From Podarcis filfolensis (lineage: Eukaryota), in NCBI GenBank assembly GCA_964270895.1, contig OZ185439.1: a stretch of 64,000 nt of DNA, one strand, 5' to 3'. The translations under genes and the position numbers were made by a program. Shown piece after piece: positions 1 through 12,100 of the stretch. Numbering within the stretch: position 1 is the stretch's first letter; every line of letters starts with the position of its first letter. The notes beneath the pieces were generated by a model, which was not told the origin of the DNA, did no database searches, and saw only the letters and a program-made list of their open reading frames with translations.

Positions 1-606
1 AACTGAGATCTCATATCATAGTTTGAAGCTGGATGACAAATCATTATTCATCCATGATTAAAAGGTTACCCTGACTAGCATTCATCAACCAATACTGGGG
101 CCAATAAAACACATCAGGAATTTGCCTGTAATTGATGAGCAGCTGGCAGGTGGAGGAGAAGAAGCATGGGATCCTGTGGTCTGTTCCTAATCTCTGAACC
201 AGCACTAAGGGATGGGAAACAGTATATATGTGCTGGCTAGAGGAAGAGAACTACAGAAAGACAGAGTCATAGCTGAAAAAGCCCTCACTAAATTTAATTG
301 ACTTAAATCTTATGGATGACTACTCTGAAGTCACATTATTTTCAAATGGAGCTTACTCTCAGGCAAGTGTGCAAATGACGACAGTCCAAGTGTGGCACCA
401 ATCATTGCAGTCTTATACCTTTCTGCAGGCATATGTACATTCCCTACACATTGTTCATAACTTGTTTGAACTTTTAGGCTCCTGTACACCCCCTCCTGCC
501 TTCAAGGAATGAAATATTGCATGTATGGTGTCTTCCCCTGCTTGATAGCATGGGCTGCTTGATATTCTGATTTATAAGGATCAAAGTCAAGTTCAAGATG
601 GCTTAC

Positions 607-717
607 CGCCTCCTTGATAATTTCAAATCTTTTTTCATCAATCTCAAAGGTAGCCATTTTCTCAACAATCTTCTTGAGCAGGATATGCTGCTTGTCATTG
701 TAACCTTTTACGGAAAG
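607..717 (-). CDS. IDE: IDE exon 16 (111 nt)
   Basis: [37 protein letters not shown]; donor GCG|GTAAG. Confidence 0.97.
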
Positions 718-3700
718 CTATAGGAAAAGGATATATAAGCTGTTATGTGTTTGAAATATTCTGTTTTCTATAATTCTAGATTGTCCATCAAAGCAGTAAA
801 CAGCAACTTCTTAACACTGGGAAGCATTCTCCCTTATTTCACCAGAAATACTACGGTTTGCCCTTTACTACATGGAAGTCTATGTGTGATATTATTACTG
901 CGTTACTTTTTCCCAGGGCTTAACATCTTCTATTACAATTACAAAGCAAAATTATAGTGGAAAACAAATATTGTTCCATGCTGCAAAGCAATGCTTCAAA
1001 TGTCAGGTAATAGAAAACGGAATGAAATGTTGTTGCTCTTTCCCAGGATTAAAATCAGAAAAGCAATATGCTAATTGGAATGAAAAGAGTAGTTTATCAT
1101 TCTTTTTCCAAATGAAGAATAAAAGTATCCTAGGAACCCAAATCTAGAAAAGAATATAGGAAAGAAAAACTTCTGTTCCATAGTTAATAAAGCAGAAGAG
1201 TCCATTATATACTGATTTTTAAGAAGTAGGGACTTACAAATGTTTAAGACATCAAGATGACAGGTTCATAAAATCATTGCATAACTCGGTTGACCACCAT
1301 ACACACAAGGCTGTATTGAACGCAATGCCAACTGGGTGCTGCTTGTGCAATGTGACTTCAGTTTCCTCTCCCTTTCCTGCCCCCCCCCCAACATGCTAAA
1401 CAGGCTTCTCCACCCTTCTGGAGCTTACTCTGAAGGTGTATAGGGAGCTAGAGGGGACAGGAGAAGAAGAAAAAAGAGGATTTGCAGGTACTGATGACTA
1501 GCAGCATCTGCAAAGCTCCTTGCGCATATAAAGGATAAAACCTTTGTTTTAGCAACACCTTGCTGCCTGCAAGATGCACCGACTCACCTGTCATTTGTAA
1601 TGTCTGGTATGTGGGAGGCTCTGCCAACCTTGCAAACTAAGCCTCTGAGGCAGATCCTAATAAGGATCTGGCCTATGAAGTCAAAAGGGCTCCCCAACCC
1701 CTGTGCTACATGATGAAAGAAATTAGAATGGACTTGACTCATATTGACTAGATCCCAGGTTGCAGTCTGAAAACATAACACCTTGGCAACCTTGCTGGTG
1801 CTAAATAGGTCTGATCAGATGAGAGGCTGCTGAACAACACTTTGTACACCACACCGAGTTCCATGATGGAAAAAATGGCAAGCTACAAATGTAAATAAGC
1901 AAAAATACTATAAAACTGTGCTGTTTTCCCCCAGCCAATTTTAGCACTGAAACCAATACATTAAAAAGCATGCTTTTTAGCAGCCCCATGTTTCATCAGA
2001 TAAAGAAAATGTATGACCTACGCAGAGATTACTGGAGTCTTAAAAGTAAGTGCAATATTTTGGGAAAGTTTAGGGAAGAAATAGTCATGTACTAGAGATC
2101 ACTTTTTAATGTACTCATTTGTTATATAAGGACCCTGTTTCACAAGTCATCTTGATCCTGAAATGCAGTCTTCTCATACCAATAATGCAGTTAGTAATAT
2201 TTAGTAAATTGCATGTCTGATGAAGGTGGTTCTGGCACACAAAAGCTCATGCTGCAATAAATGTGTTAGTCTTCAAGATGCCCTGCAGTACTTTGGTGGT
2301 GGCTGGGGTTTTTATTTTTTAAGTATATATTAGGATCTAAATGACTGAAAGCCAGCAGAACTCCATGTTTAACTAAAAACATAGCAACTCGTTCAAGGTT
2401 ACTAGACTATACAAATGAGTAAGAAATGCAGATCAGTAATGCATCAGCACACTTCTCAGTCATAAAAAAACGATTCCAATCATGGCCAAACCATTCAATA
2501 AATGGTTATAAAACTGCACAAGTCTCACACCCTTATGATAGGGATGCAAAGGAGGACAAAACCAGTAGCCATTTTTTCAAGCAGCACTCAACTCTCACGC
2601 CATCTAATTTTTGCTTGTTCNNNNNNNNNNNNNNNNNNNNNNNNNNNNNNNNNNNNNNNNNNNNNNNNNNNNNNNNNNNNNNNNNNNNNNNNNNNNNNNN
2701 NNNNNNNNNNNNNNNNNNNNNNNNNNNNNNNNNNNNNNNNNNNNNNNNNNNNNNNNNNNNNNNNNNNNNNNNNNNNNNNNNNNNACTAACAAAAAAGAAA
2801 AACAAAACAAAAGGATGCTTTGATACTTCAAGGAGCGACACGGTAATGGATGAAGAAACATGACTGAAGAGTATGTATATGCAGCCTCGTAACTAATATT
2901 CTCGGGAATGAAACACTGGGAATTTGATTTCTCATTCGGAACTCTAGTGGAATGGAGCAGTATCTCAACTCCAATTCGGACTGTAAATTTGAGTTTTAAG
3001 TAAAAAAAAATATATATATTGCAAATATTCTGGTGAATGACGTAAAATGAAGTGCAAAAATTGCTGAATGCGAATGGAAATGTTGAAGACTCCAGAAATT
3101 TCAAATTATGAGAAAGTATAGCTAGAAATCAAGGTTGAAAAAGAAACTGAAAAAAACAGGTTCTCAGTTGGAAAAGCCATTGAAAAATTGCTTCCAGCAA
3201 ATCAATTTTTTTCCTTCTGATTAGTGGAAGTAAATTTAAGGCTTTTAAGATTNNNNNNNNNNNNNNNNNNNNNNNNNNNNNNNNNNNNNNNNNNNNNNNN
3301 NNNNNNNNNNNNNNNNNNNNNNNNNNNNNNNNNNNNNNNNNNNNNNNNNNNNNNNNNNNNNNNNNNNNNNNNNNNNNNNNNNNNNNNNNNNNNNNNNNNN
3401 CCACGTAAGCAAATGGGCTGGAAGAAAATGTTGAAAGTAAAATATCTGCTGCAATTACTTCCCAGTTCTGCTAGATCCTCCATACTGGATCTCAAGGACA
3501 CAGTAAAAAAGAAAATGCTGCTTCCTGTTATGAGAATATTAAGACAGTATGTGAACACACACAGCTAAAGGAGGAAAGATTGATTAAACAATTCCATACT
3601 GAGACACACACACACACATATGTATTACATCTATGTTAAATCTACTGCGTAAGATTACACAAAACCATTTTTAGCTCACATTATTCTGAATTTGCTACAA

Positions 3701-6700
3701 AGACAAATGCTTACAAACAAGTACAAAACATATGTAAAACACTTAAAATATACAATGAGTTAAAAATCGCCACAGTGGATAAATCTAAAAGCTTGCCAAG
3801 TAGGACAGTCTCACACTTAACTTGCTTGTCATCAGGATTAAACCTCACTGAACACAGCTGCTGGTTTCACAAAATCAGGAAATAGCGCAGTTATAGGTTT
3901 GCTACCAAACCACTGGCATTTTCTATATTAGGCACAAAAATATCCAAGTTTTGTATTTAGCTATAGCACATAACACTACCCTGATATATTTTTGCAATAT
4001 CCCAAGGAGGAAGAGTACGCTGCACAGACTTCCAAAGGTAAAGACAACTCAAAGACTCAAGTCATGTTTCAACAATACTGCTTCGCACCAACATATTAAG
4101 AGTGACAAACCAGATTAAGAGCAGAAGTAATTTGTGTACAGTATGGTCTAATATCTATTATGGATATATACATATAGCAGTTAAAAATATGAAATCATCA
4201 ACATCGCCCAAGTAAATTGATCACAAAGCAACATTTCTTACTGAAGAATTCTATCATAAGTAAAATAAAAAGTACAACAATATTCAGCATGTTAAAGCAA
4301 AATAATAATTATGGGGCAGAATAATGATTCAAAGAACAAAACATTTAATTAAAACCATGCATCTCTTTTTGAAGAAAAATCAGAATGTTCTTTTAATAAT
4401 GTGAAACAAGTGACCCTTTGCACGATGATTTCTGACATGCAAACCAACACTATTTATTCAGAAGTTAAGTTTCACTGGGCTCAATCAGACTTGCTCCCAG
4501 AAATGTATGCGGCCTCAATATATGTTAAAACTCACGGGACAATGTTGCATTTTCATATACATCTTATCTCAAGGCTATTATTGTAGAGACCCATCACAAG
4601 CAGAAACAACATAATCAGAAAAGGCTGAGACCTCATTTTTAAAACCTTTTCAATACAAAACTCATCAGAAGATAAAGAAGTTTGGGGGGGATGACTGCAT
4701 TTTACTTAATATAGGAATTATCATTTCAAGATACATAACCACCCAAGTTTCTGTCTATAAACTCTCTTACAAAACCAAGCAGTACTGCAGTTCACATGCT
4801 TCCTCAAAAATCAAAATGGGACCATGAAATTAGCTAGCAATTATATTAAGTGTAAAAACCTAACTTACTTGGTTTTATCTTAAATTTCATTTTCAGTGCT
4901 GTAAAATGTTAAGTATGCTTCAACTTTAACAGGAAATTTGACTTCAGAACCAAGCAATTTCACCAAAGTAAGTTTTTAACTGGTCTATACAAATATCCCC
5001 AGCTCATAATGCTCAGCCTTCCTTATGAATTGAGCAGCATTACACTGAGAAATTATCAGGCTTATGAGCATATTTAGCTCATAAGAAGCTCTGGAACATA
5101 TATTTTCTGTTTGAACGTTCAGCTGCTTTGGGAAAACTACACACCACATTCCAGACACGACAGAAAATGAAGGTTTTGTAGAAAGGCACCCTGGTTGTTG
5201 CTAACATTACAAGTAAGTTTATACTATAGGGATGTTGAGTTGAGGCTCACAGATTAGAAAGGTGTGCTTGGGCCCTCTTGAGATCCCAGTGACATTGAAT
5301 CAAGAGTGCAACAGTTTCCAAATTGGGGTATGTGAGAGCTATTATCTGATGGGGGGAATATTATCAGCAATATTAGCAAATCCCAATTTCAAATTGAGTA
5401 ATTCATCATCACTAGATACAAAGGGAGACCTCTGCGGGTGATCAGTTGTACTGCACTGGAAATGATTTAATGATTCAAGCACAGCCAATGCAGAGATGCA
5501 ACAGTATTATCTGGCCCAGAGGTCTGGCGGGAAGGAGGCAAGACCTGAAGCGTAGTTTATGCAGAACCGCAATGGTGATTATGGGTTCACAGGAATGCTA
5601 AATATATTTATTTTATTACTTGTTGCATATTAACTGTTCTCAAAGCTCCCAAGCTGAGACAGACCAAAACAAAGATGAATTATTTTGTGTGCTAAAGAAT
5701 GTTTTTAAAATCAAAAGCATTAAAGTGCAGTTCTAAAATTGTTCTGGACATTTGAAGGGAGAGGAGAATGAAGACCTGTTCATTTATTTCCCTCCATATG
5801 ACTGTACATGGAGCTGGATCCACTGGCCTCATTGATATTCCCCAACACGCGGAGACAGCAGGGGATAAAACAATGGTGGGAGGCTAGAGCAGGGTTTCCC
5901 AAACTTGGGTCTCCAGCTGTTTTTGGACTACAATTCCCACTTTTGCCTTTTTAGGATGCAGCTTGAAGTGCTGCAAAGGCTCAAGAAGTGATTCTTCCAC
6001 AGAATATGGTAGGGCACAAAATGCATGTGTACAGTAAGGGAATTATGGCTCTACAATACTAATTCCTGCTATCATACCAGTTTCTGACAAATACAACAGT
6101 CCTACATTCTACTTCTTGGACAAATCTTACTTTTAAAAAAACCTTCCTCCAAAATCAGATGCTCCTAGCACACACAAAAATAACTTTAGGGGTTAAATAA
6201 GGATAGTAGAATGGTACCAAAGTTGTATAAAAGTGGACTTGTTGAGGTCAAACAAGGCACTCATCGGGATCATAAAGCTGAGGGACTGCTCCACTGAATA
6301 GACTGAAAGCTACTTTCCTTTGAGGAATGTATTAATCAATCAAACAAACAAACAAACAAACAAACAAACAAACAAACAAACACCCATGGCTTGGATATAG
6401 CCATACATGTGTGGAAGCATGTTTCTGTGCATATATTCTCTGTGCTGTGAAGCTCTATCACCAGAGGTATGTTTGGTGTAGGAGTGTGGTGAAGGAGGAG
6501 AGTCATTAACAGCTCTTGGATTATGTTTAAAACACTCTTGTGGCACTTTAACAGTAACAAATTAAGATGCTAAAAGACTTTGTTGCTTGTGCTGCAACAG
6601 ATTAACATGGTTGCTCCTCTGGAACGTGGACAATACTTTTCAGCCAGCACAAAACCTGTGCACACTGTTGCACATCCATAATGCTGGATTGCAGCAATAA

Positions 6701-6932
6701 GTGGGAACCGACAATCTCAGTTATTCCACTGTAGCAGCCCCAAGCATGTCTAGAATGATAAAATGTTTTCTTGAATGACTCTGCTTAGAATGATAAATTT
6801 TAAAGACAAGAATGCATGCATACCTGAAAAATTCAAAGTTGAGACAAGCTTTGGGTAGGAAAAATTTGTCATCTTGCTTGAACCATAGCTTGCACATAGC
6901 AGTGTCCTGAGTTTAAGAAAACATACATTTTC

Positions 6933-6992
<60 letters not shown>

Positions 6993-9079
6993 ATTACAAA
7001 CTGTATTGTGCTGTCTAAACACATGCTTATATGCTAACATTTCTGAGATGGAAGGAGGACCTCTAAGCCCTGTGGGACTTTTGCCGGTATGAACACTAAA
7101 TCCATACGCCGTTTGATTGCACCACTGCCAGGTAAGTCTGGAAAGAAGAGACAGCTATGGCAGGGTCTGGGCTTACCTGATATTGGGATGACCCATTAGG
7201 AGTTCATCTCCTAACTCCGCAATTTGAACTCACCTCCACCACTATGTGAAGGTTTATATACTTTGAATACGGGGCAAAAAGCCAACTGGATAGGAGCTAG
7301 TCACCTCTTAAAATAAAGATCCAATTTTCATTCATTTTTACAATCTATTCTTACAATACTGTTCATATTATAAGCAGTCTACTCAATGACCTTAATCTTT
7401 CAAAAGCAATTCAGGAATTCATATTCCCGAAATTCCACCCACAACTATTAAATACATATGCTTACCTTGATAAGAGTAGGGTACTGTGGTGCATCCTTCT
7501 CTAAAGGTACAATTTCAAAGTTAGTAGGGATAAATTCATTCTTCATTGGCAGCTTGAATTTCCCATTGAGGTCAGCATTTTGCCATTTCTACATTCAATG
7601 TGCAAACAAGAGGATAGTTTTGTTATTATCCAGTGGGTGGGTTAAAAAAAATTGTGCTGCAATTGTGTTGCTCTATGAAGGATTATCGACCTCTGATGAA
7701 TCATGCTTCTTCAAAATTCATGACAAAATTAATTCTTACTAATGTTTCAAATTATTTAATCTGTATGATTCCTTGCAGTTCACATAATACCATTTAAGTT
7801 TGCTTTTAACTATGTTCCATAAACACTTAGAACATAGCGCTGACTGAGGGCTAGAGTGCATGCTCTAACCACTGTGCAGAACTACTAAGAAATGCTTTCT
7901 GCAATATGTATCACCATGTGAGCAGCTGGTTTTCACTCTTAGCAATATGTGAAAATATTACACAAATCCTCCAAACACAGCTGCGTGTGTGATCATAGCT
8001 GTATGTTCAGCTAGGTGCTCTGCACATAGTTTCTCTCTCGCTAAAGCTTATTAATCATAGTTTCTCTCTCGCTAAAGCTTATTAATTTTTTTTTGGGGGG
8101 GGGAGGTGTTTTAAGGGTCCAACATGTATAGTATTGGCTGCACCACAAAGAGATGTTCAAGGATTTGGTTCACATTTTGAAGTGAAGTCTATTTCCCCCC
8201 ATAACACCAGTTGAAATTAACTAACACCAATGTGACACACTTATACAAGCAACAGTATTAGTTGCTTTTGTAAACAACACAAAATAAACTTTATTGTAAG
8301 CAGTGGCGGAGCAAGCCGATCGGGCGCCTGGGGCAGCACACGTGCCCTGTGCCCAGGGGCGAGGCCAGCCGCCCGTGGGGGCGGGCCAGCCACCCACAGC
8401 GGTGGGGCGACCCAGGGCAGGACGCTCCGCGGGGCCTCCGAGGAGTCTGCCTGCCTTCTCCCACTCAGCCGCCCTACAGCTGAAGGGAAGTTGGCGGGCG
8501 GACCATTTGGGGCAGTGCGGAGCCTGCAGGCACTCAAGCCACCGCATCACTCCCAGGAGAGACGCCTGCCTTGGGTGTGCTGCAGGCCCCGCAGTGAGTG
8601 CCGCCCAGCATTTTGTCACCCCCTTCAATGGCGACACCCAGGGTGGACCGCCCCCACCGCCCCCCTTCCTCCGCCCTGATTGTAAGAAGTGTGAAAATAC
8701 TGGTTACATATTCAGTTTACCACCAACTTTCTCACCACACCTTAATGACTTCATCAGAAATTGCCTCTTGCTTGTACTGGGTTCCATACCATTTTTCTGT
8801 TCTATCAGTTTTTCCTTCAAAAGACTTAGAAACTATTGCAACCCTAAAAAATAAAACCAAAACATAGTAAGTAAGCAAGCATATTACCTCCCCTGCCCCC
8901 AAAATACTATTCAAATAATTCTGCTTGGTCACTAAGTTCAAAGATTCTGTTGTTAATACTGTAAATTCTATATGTCCTATTCTATTTTTCCATGTAATCC
9001 TCCTGTCAGTAAAACAAAAAGCAACATTTATCCATATCAAAATGGCTATGTTAAACGACCCCTTGTCATAAAAGATATA

Positions 9080-9152
<73 letters not shown>

Positions 9153-12100
9153 ACACTGAACTTGCGTATAAGAGGATGTATTTTACAGGATTTAATATAT
9201 TAAGCTCAGTTTGCTTTTTGCAGCTATGCAAAATTTCACTAAAATTTCACTAAAATAAAAGATTTCTAGCTCTCATGACAAGTATTTTAAAAAAGACGTT
9301 AACAGAATATTTGAAAAAATTCCCAGCAATTAAGAGCATATATAACACACCCAAGGTGCTCCTAAATTCATTTTCTACCATTTCTAAACAGAAATTTGAA
9401 GCAAAGGAAAAGACCATGCAAATGTCCTCCATGGGTAAAACTACAACATACTTTTGTGATCATGCTCTCTGCAACATTTTAACAGTTTCCAATTAGTTTT
9501 AACAGTTTTCCAGGCTTCAAATGGTCTAGAATTTTAAAGAAATGCTTTGGGGGGGGGGTAAGTAAGGAGAAATAATGCAGAATAGCAAGAGTAATTATCA
9601 TCTCTCTGGCCAATTATATGCGAGAGAAAACATTTACTATCAATCCTGTTCTAGCACCTCAGAGCCTACTCGTAGTTAATTAGAAGACTATAGGACAGTT
9701 GGATATATGGAACACTTAATCAGTCTGAACATTTAGTACAAACATAACCTTAAAAACAAAGGATAGGGCTGAATCAGAGACAGAAATAACTAGCGATTTT
9801 TCATTTTAACCTTGTCCTTGGCTGCCAAATAATATCTCAAGATGGAAGATTCTGTGCTGTAAATGAAGCACCCCACTCAGCCTTCTTTCACACTATGTAT
9901 GAATACAAGGCACAATACAACAGTATGAGGGAAGCTTTATTTCCCTTTGAAATTAGTTACTATGGTAACAATTCTGTCACTGGCAATGAGAGAACACTGC
10001 TTATCTCAGTGTTTCTAGCATACACTGGCAGAGAACCATGGCTTCAGCAAAAAAATAAAAGTCAATTATGTACACCAAGTATGAAAGTCTATCGTATTGA
10101 AAATAGCAGGAAGAGTTTACCTGCCACTAATAAAAACCTCTCTGTTGCCAGTGGACAACTGCGTTTCCACTCCGCTGCAACAACCTTGTTTTACAAATCA
10201 TATGACAAATACAGAACAAGTCAATACATTACTATGAATTAAGCAGCAGTCAGGGGTGTCTGCTGACATGGACCCTGTATGTGGGCCAAGTGCAAAATTG
10301 GGGTGAGCATACAATCACAGGTAAAATCCATGATGAACCACTGTGATTCTCAAGAAGAGCTGCACAAAGAAGAGTGTGTTTTCCTTAAGTAGAAGCATTG
10401 GGCTCAGTCCAGTTAATCCTACAAGCACAAGTTGCCTCTCAGTCCCTATTCTGCAGCAACTATCGTCTTTACAGTTTCCCAGATAATCAATTTGTGTCAT
10501 CTACGCCCCTCACCCTGCCACAACTAGAATCAGATACCTAATTCGAATCACATTTTCAGATTCTGATTTCAAGGGCAAGCACTGACCAGTTTGCCAATGT
10601 GGCAAACTATAGTTGCAATAAATAGAAAACAGAAAGAAAAGCATCACGCTAGCCTGCTGTTCCTTTCGTTGCTTCACCTATGGGTTGGAGGATTGTTTCA
10701 ATTGAGCCCTAGTGTGAAAGCATCCAGAAGAGTCAGTGACATGGGTGTGACATTTCAATGAAGTCTATCAACATCGTATGATAATTCAAAAGAACTACAC
10801 ATTAGTTATGTAAATATGACAAAGGCACATATCAGTTCTTAAAATTATTATGCAGTGTTCTTCCCTCCTTCCATGCCGTGCTAAATATTTTTCTTTGTAT
10901 AGCATAGGAAAACTTTAATATTTCATTCAAGGAGTTTTGCACATGTAAAGTTATTTTGGATTTAAAAGTACAATCTACAATCCATTAGCAGTTTTAACCT
11001 GCAAAATATTTCCATCTCAATCTGTACAAAATATTGGATGTGGCAATATAGCTTACCGGACATTTTCAGGTCTTAATTTATCCAATACCATTTCTATTAA
11101 ATCAGGCCTAAATTCTTCAAGTAAATATTCTGCAGCAAGAACTTCTTCTATAGGATAGTACTACAATAAAAATGTGATATTTTTAGTTTAAACCGAAGAC
11201 ATTATGCATAATACTAAAGTGATAAAATATAGTTACTAAGATAGTTGGCTATCACTCTAAGTAACACTTGGAGTAGACTCACTGAAATCAATAGATCTTC
11301 TCAGAGTTATGACTAATGTTAGATGTCACCCATAGTACAGAAAGAATCACTGTCATTTAGGTACACAGCTAATAAAAAAAAAGCTACCTGTACTAAATTG
11401 TTGATATTATAAGGGATAAAAAGAAGCAAATGCTGACCCCTGGAGGATGTTTTCAAAGTGAATGGAAGCGACATAAACATGTTCATGTAGCAGTATCTAA
11501 AAAAAACCCTGCTTTCAGAAATTCTAACAGAAAGCTATCTTCTCCCGCCCCCCCCCCCCCAGCAAAAAGCAAATAATTCAGTACTTATGAATTCATTCTG
11601 GAAATAAAAAAGAGTGTAGAAGCAAAGATGTCTCCAAGGTTGTTTTGCAAACTGGAACCTTTGGTGAGTCTGCCTTCGATCTAAGTCACCAAGGCTCTTT
11701 AGATGTGAAGACACTAAAACCTAACAGGTCTACAGATAAATAAGACAATACCATATGTTTAGGACCAGGCCCTAAGAACGCCTGGTACAGGAAAGATCAT
11801 TTAACCAGTAAGCATGATTGTGCATTGTAAAAGTCATACTGATTAATCAATATACAGATAATCAGTTCAGTTATGCTTGGAAGGAAACAGTGCAAATTAT
11901 TCAGCTATATCCAGCAACAGTCAGGGTCCCAGTCCATACTTGGTAACTAGTCTTTCCATGGAGTTATTAAGTGAGGAGACAATTAGCTGTCACTACCACT
12001 TTATAGTGTAATTGTGTGCCATATCAACATCTTTTGGCCTGCAATACTCATCTTGGACAAAGTAATTTATCACTATACATGCATAATTTTTTTGTGCTTT

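Noticed and set aside
415-445. Minus-strand peptide ECTYACRK, loosely like exon 15 (EYTYAAR)
   Set aside because: Lies downstream of exon 16, the similarity is very short, and there is no supporting exon structure.
2426-3568. ORF-track entries spanning the N-runs
   Set aside because: Artefacts of X codons suppressing stops; the real coding content is IDE exon 15 on the minus strand.
8221-8867. Overlapping 89-183 aa ORFs
   Set aside because: They fall in the GC-rich MITE or antisense to IDE exon 12; no transposase or other domain motif.
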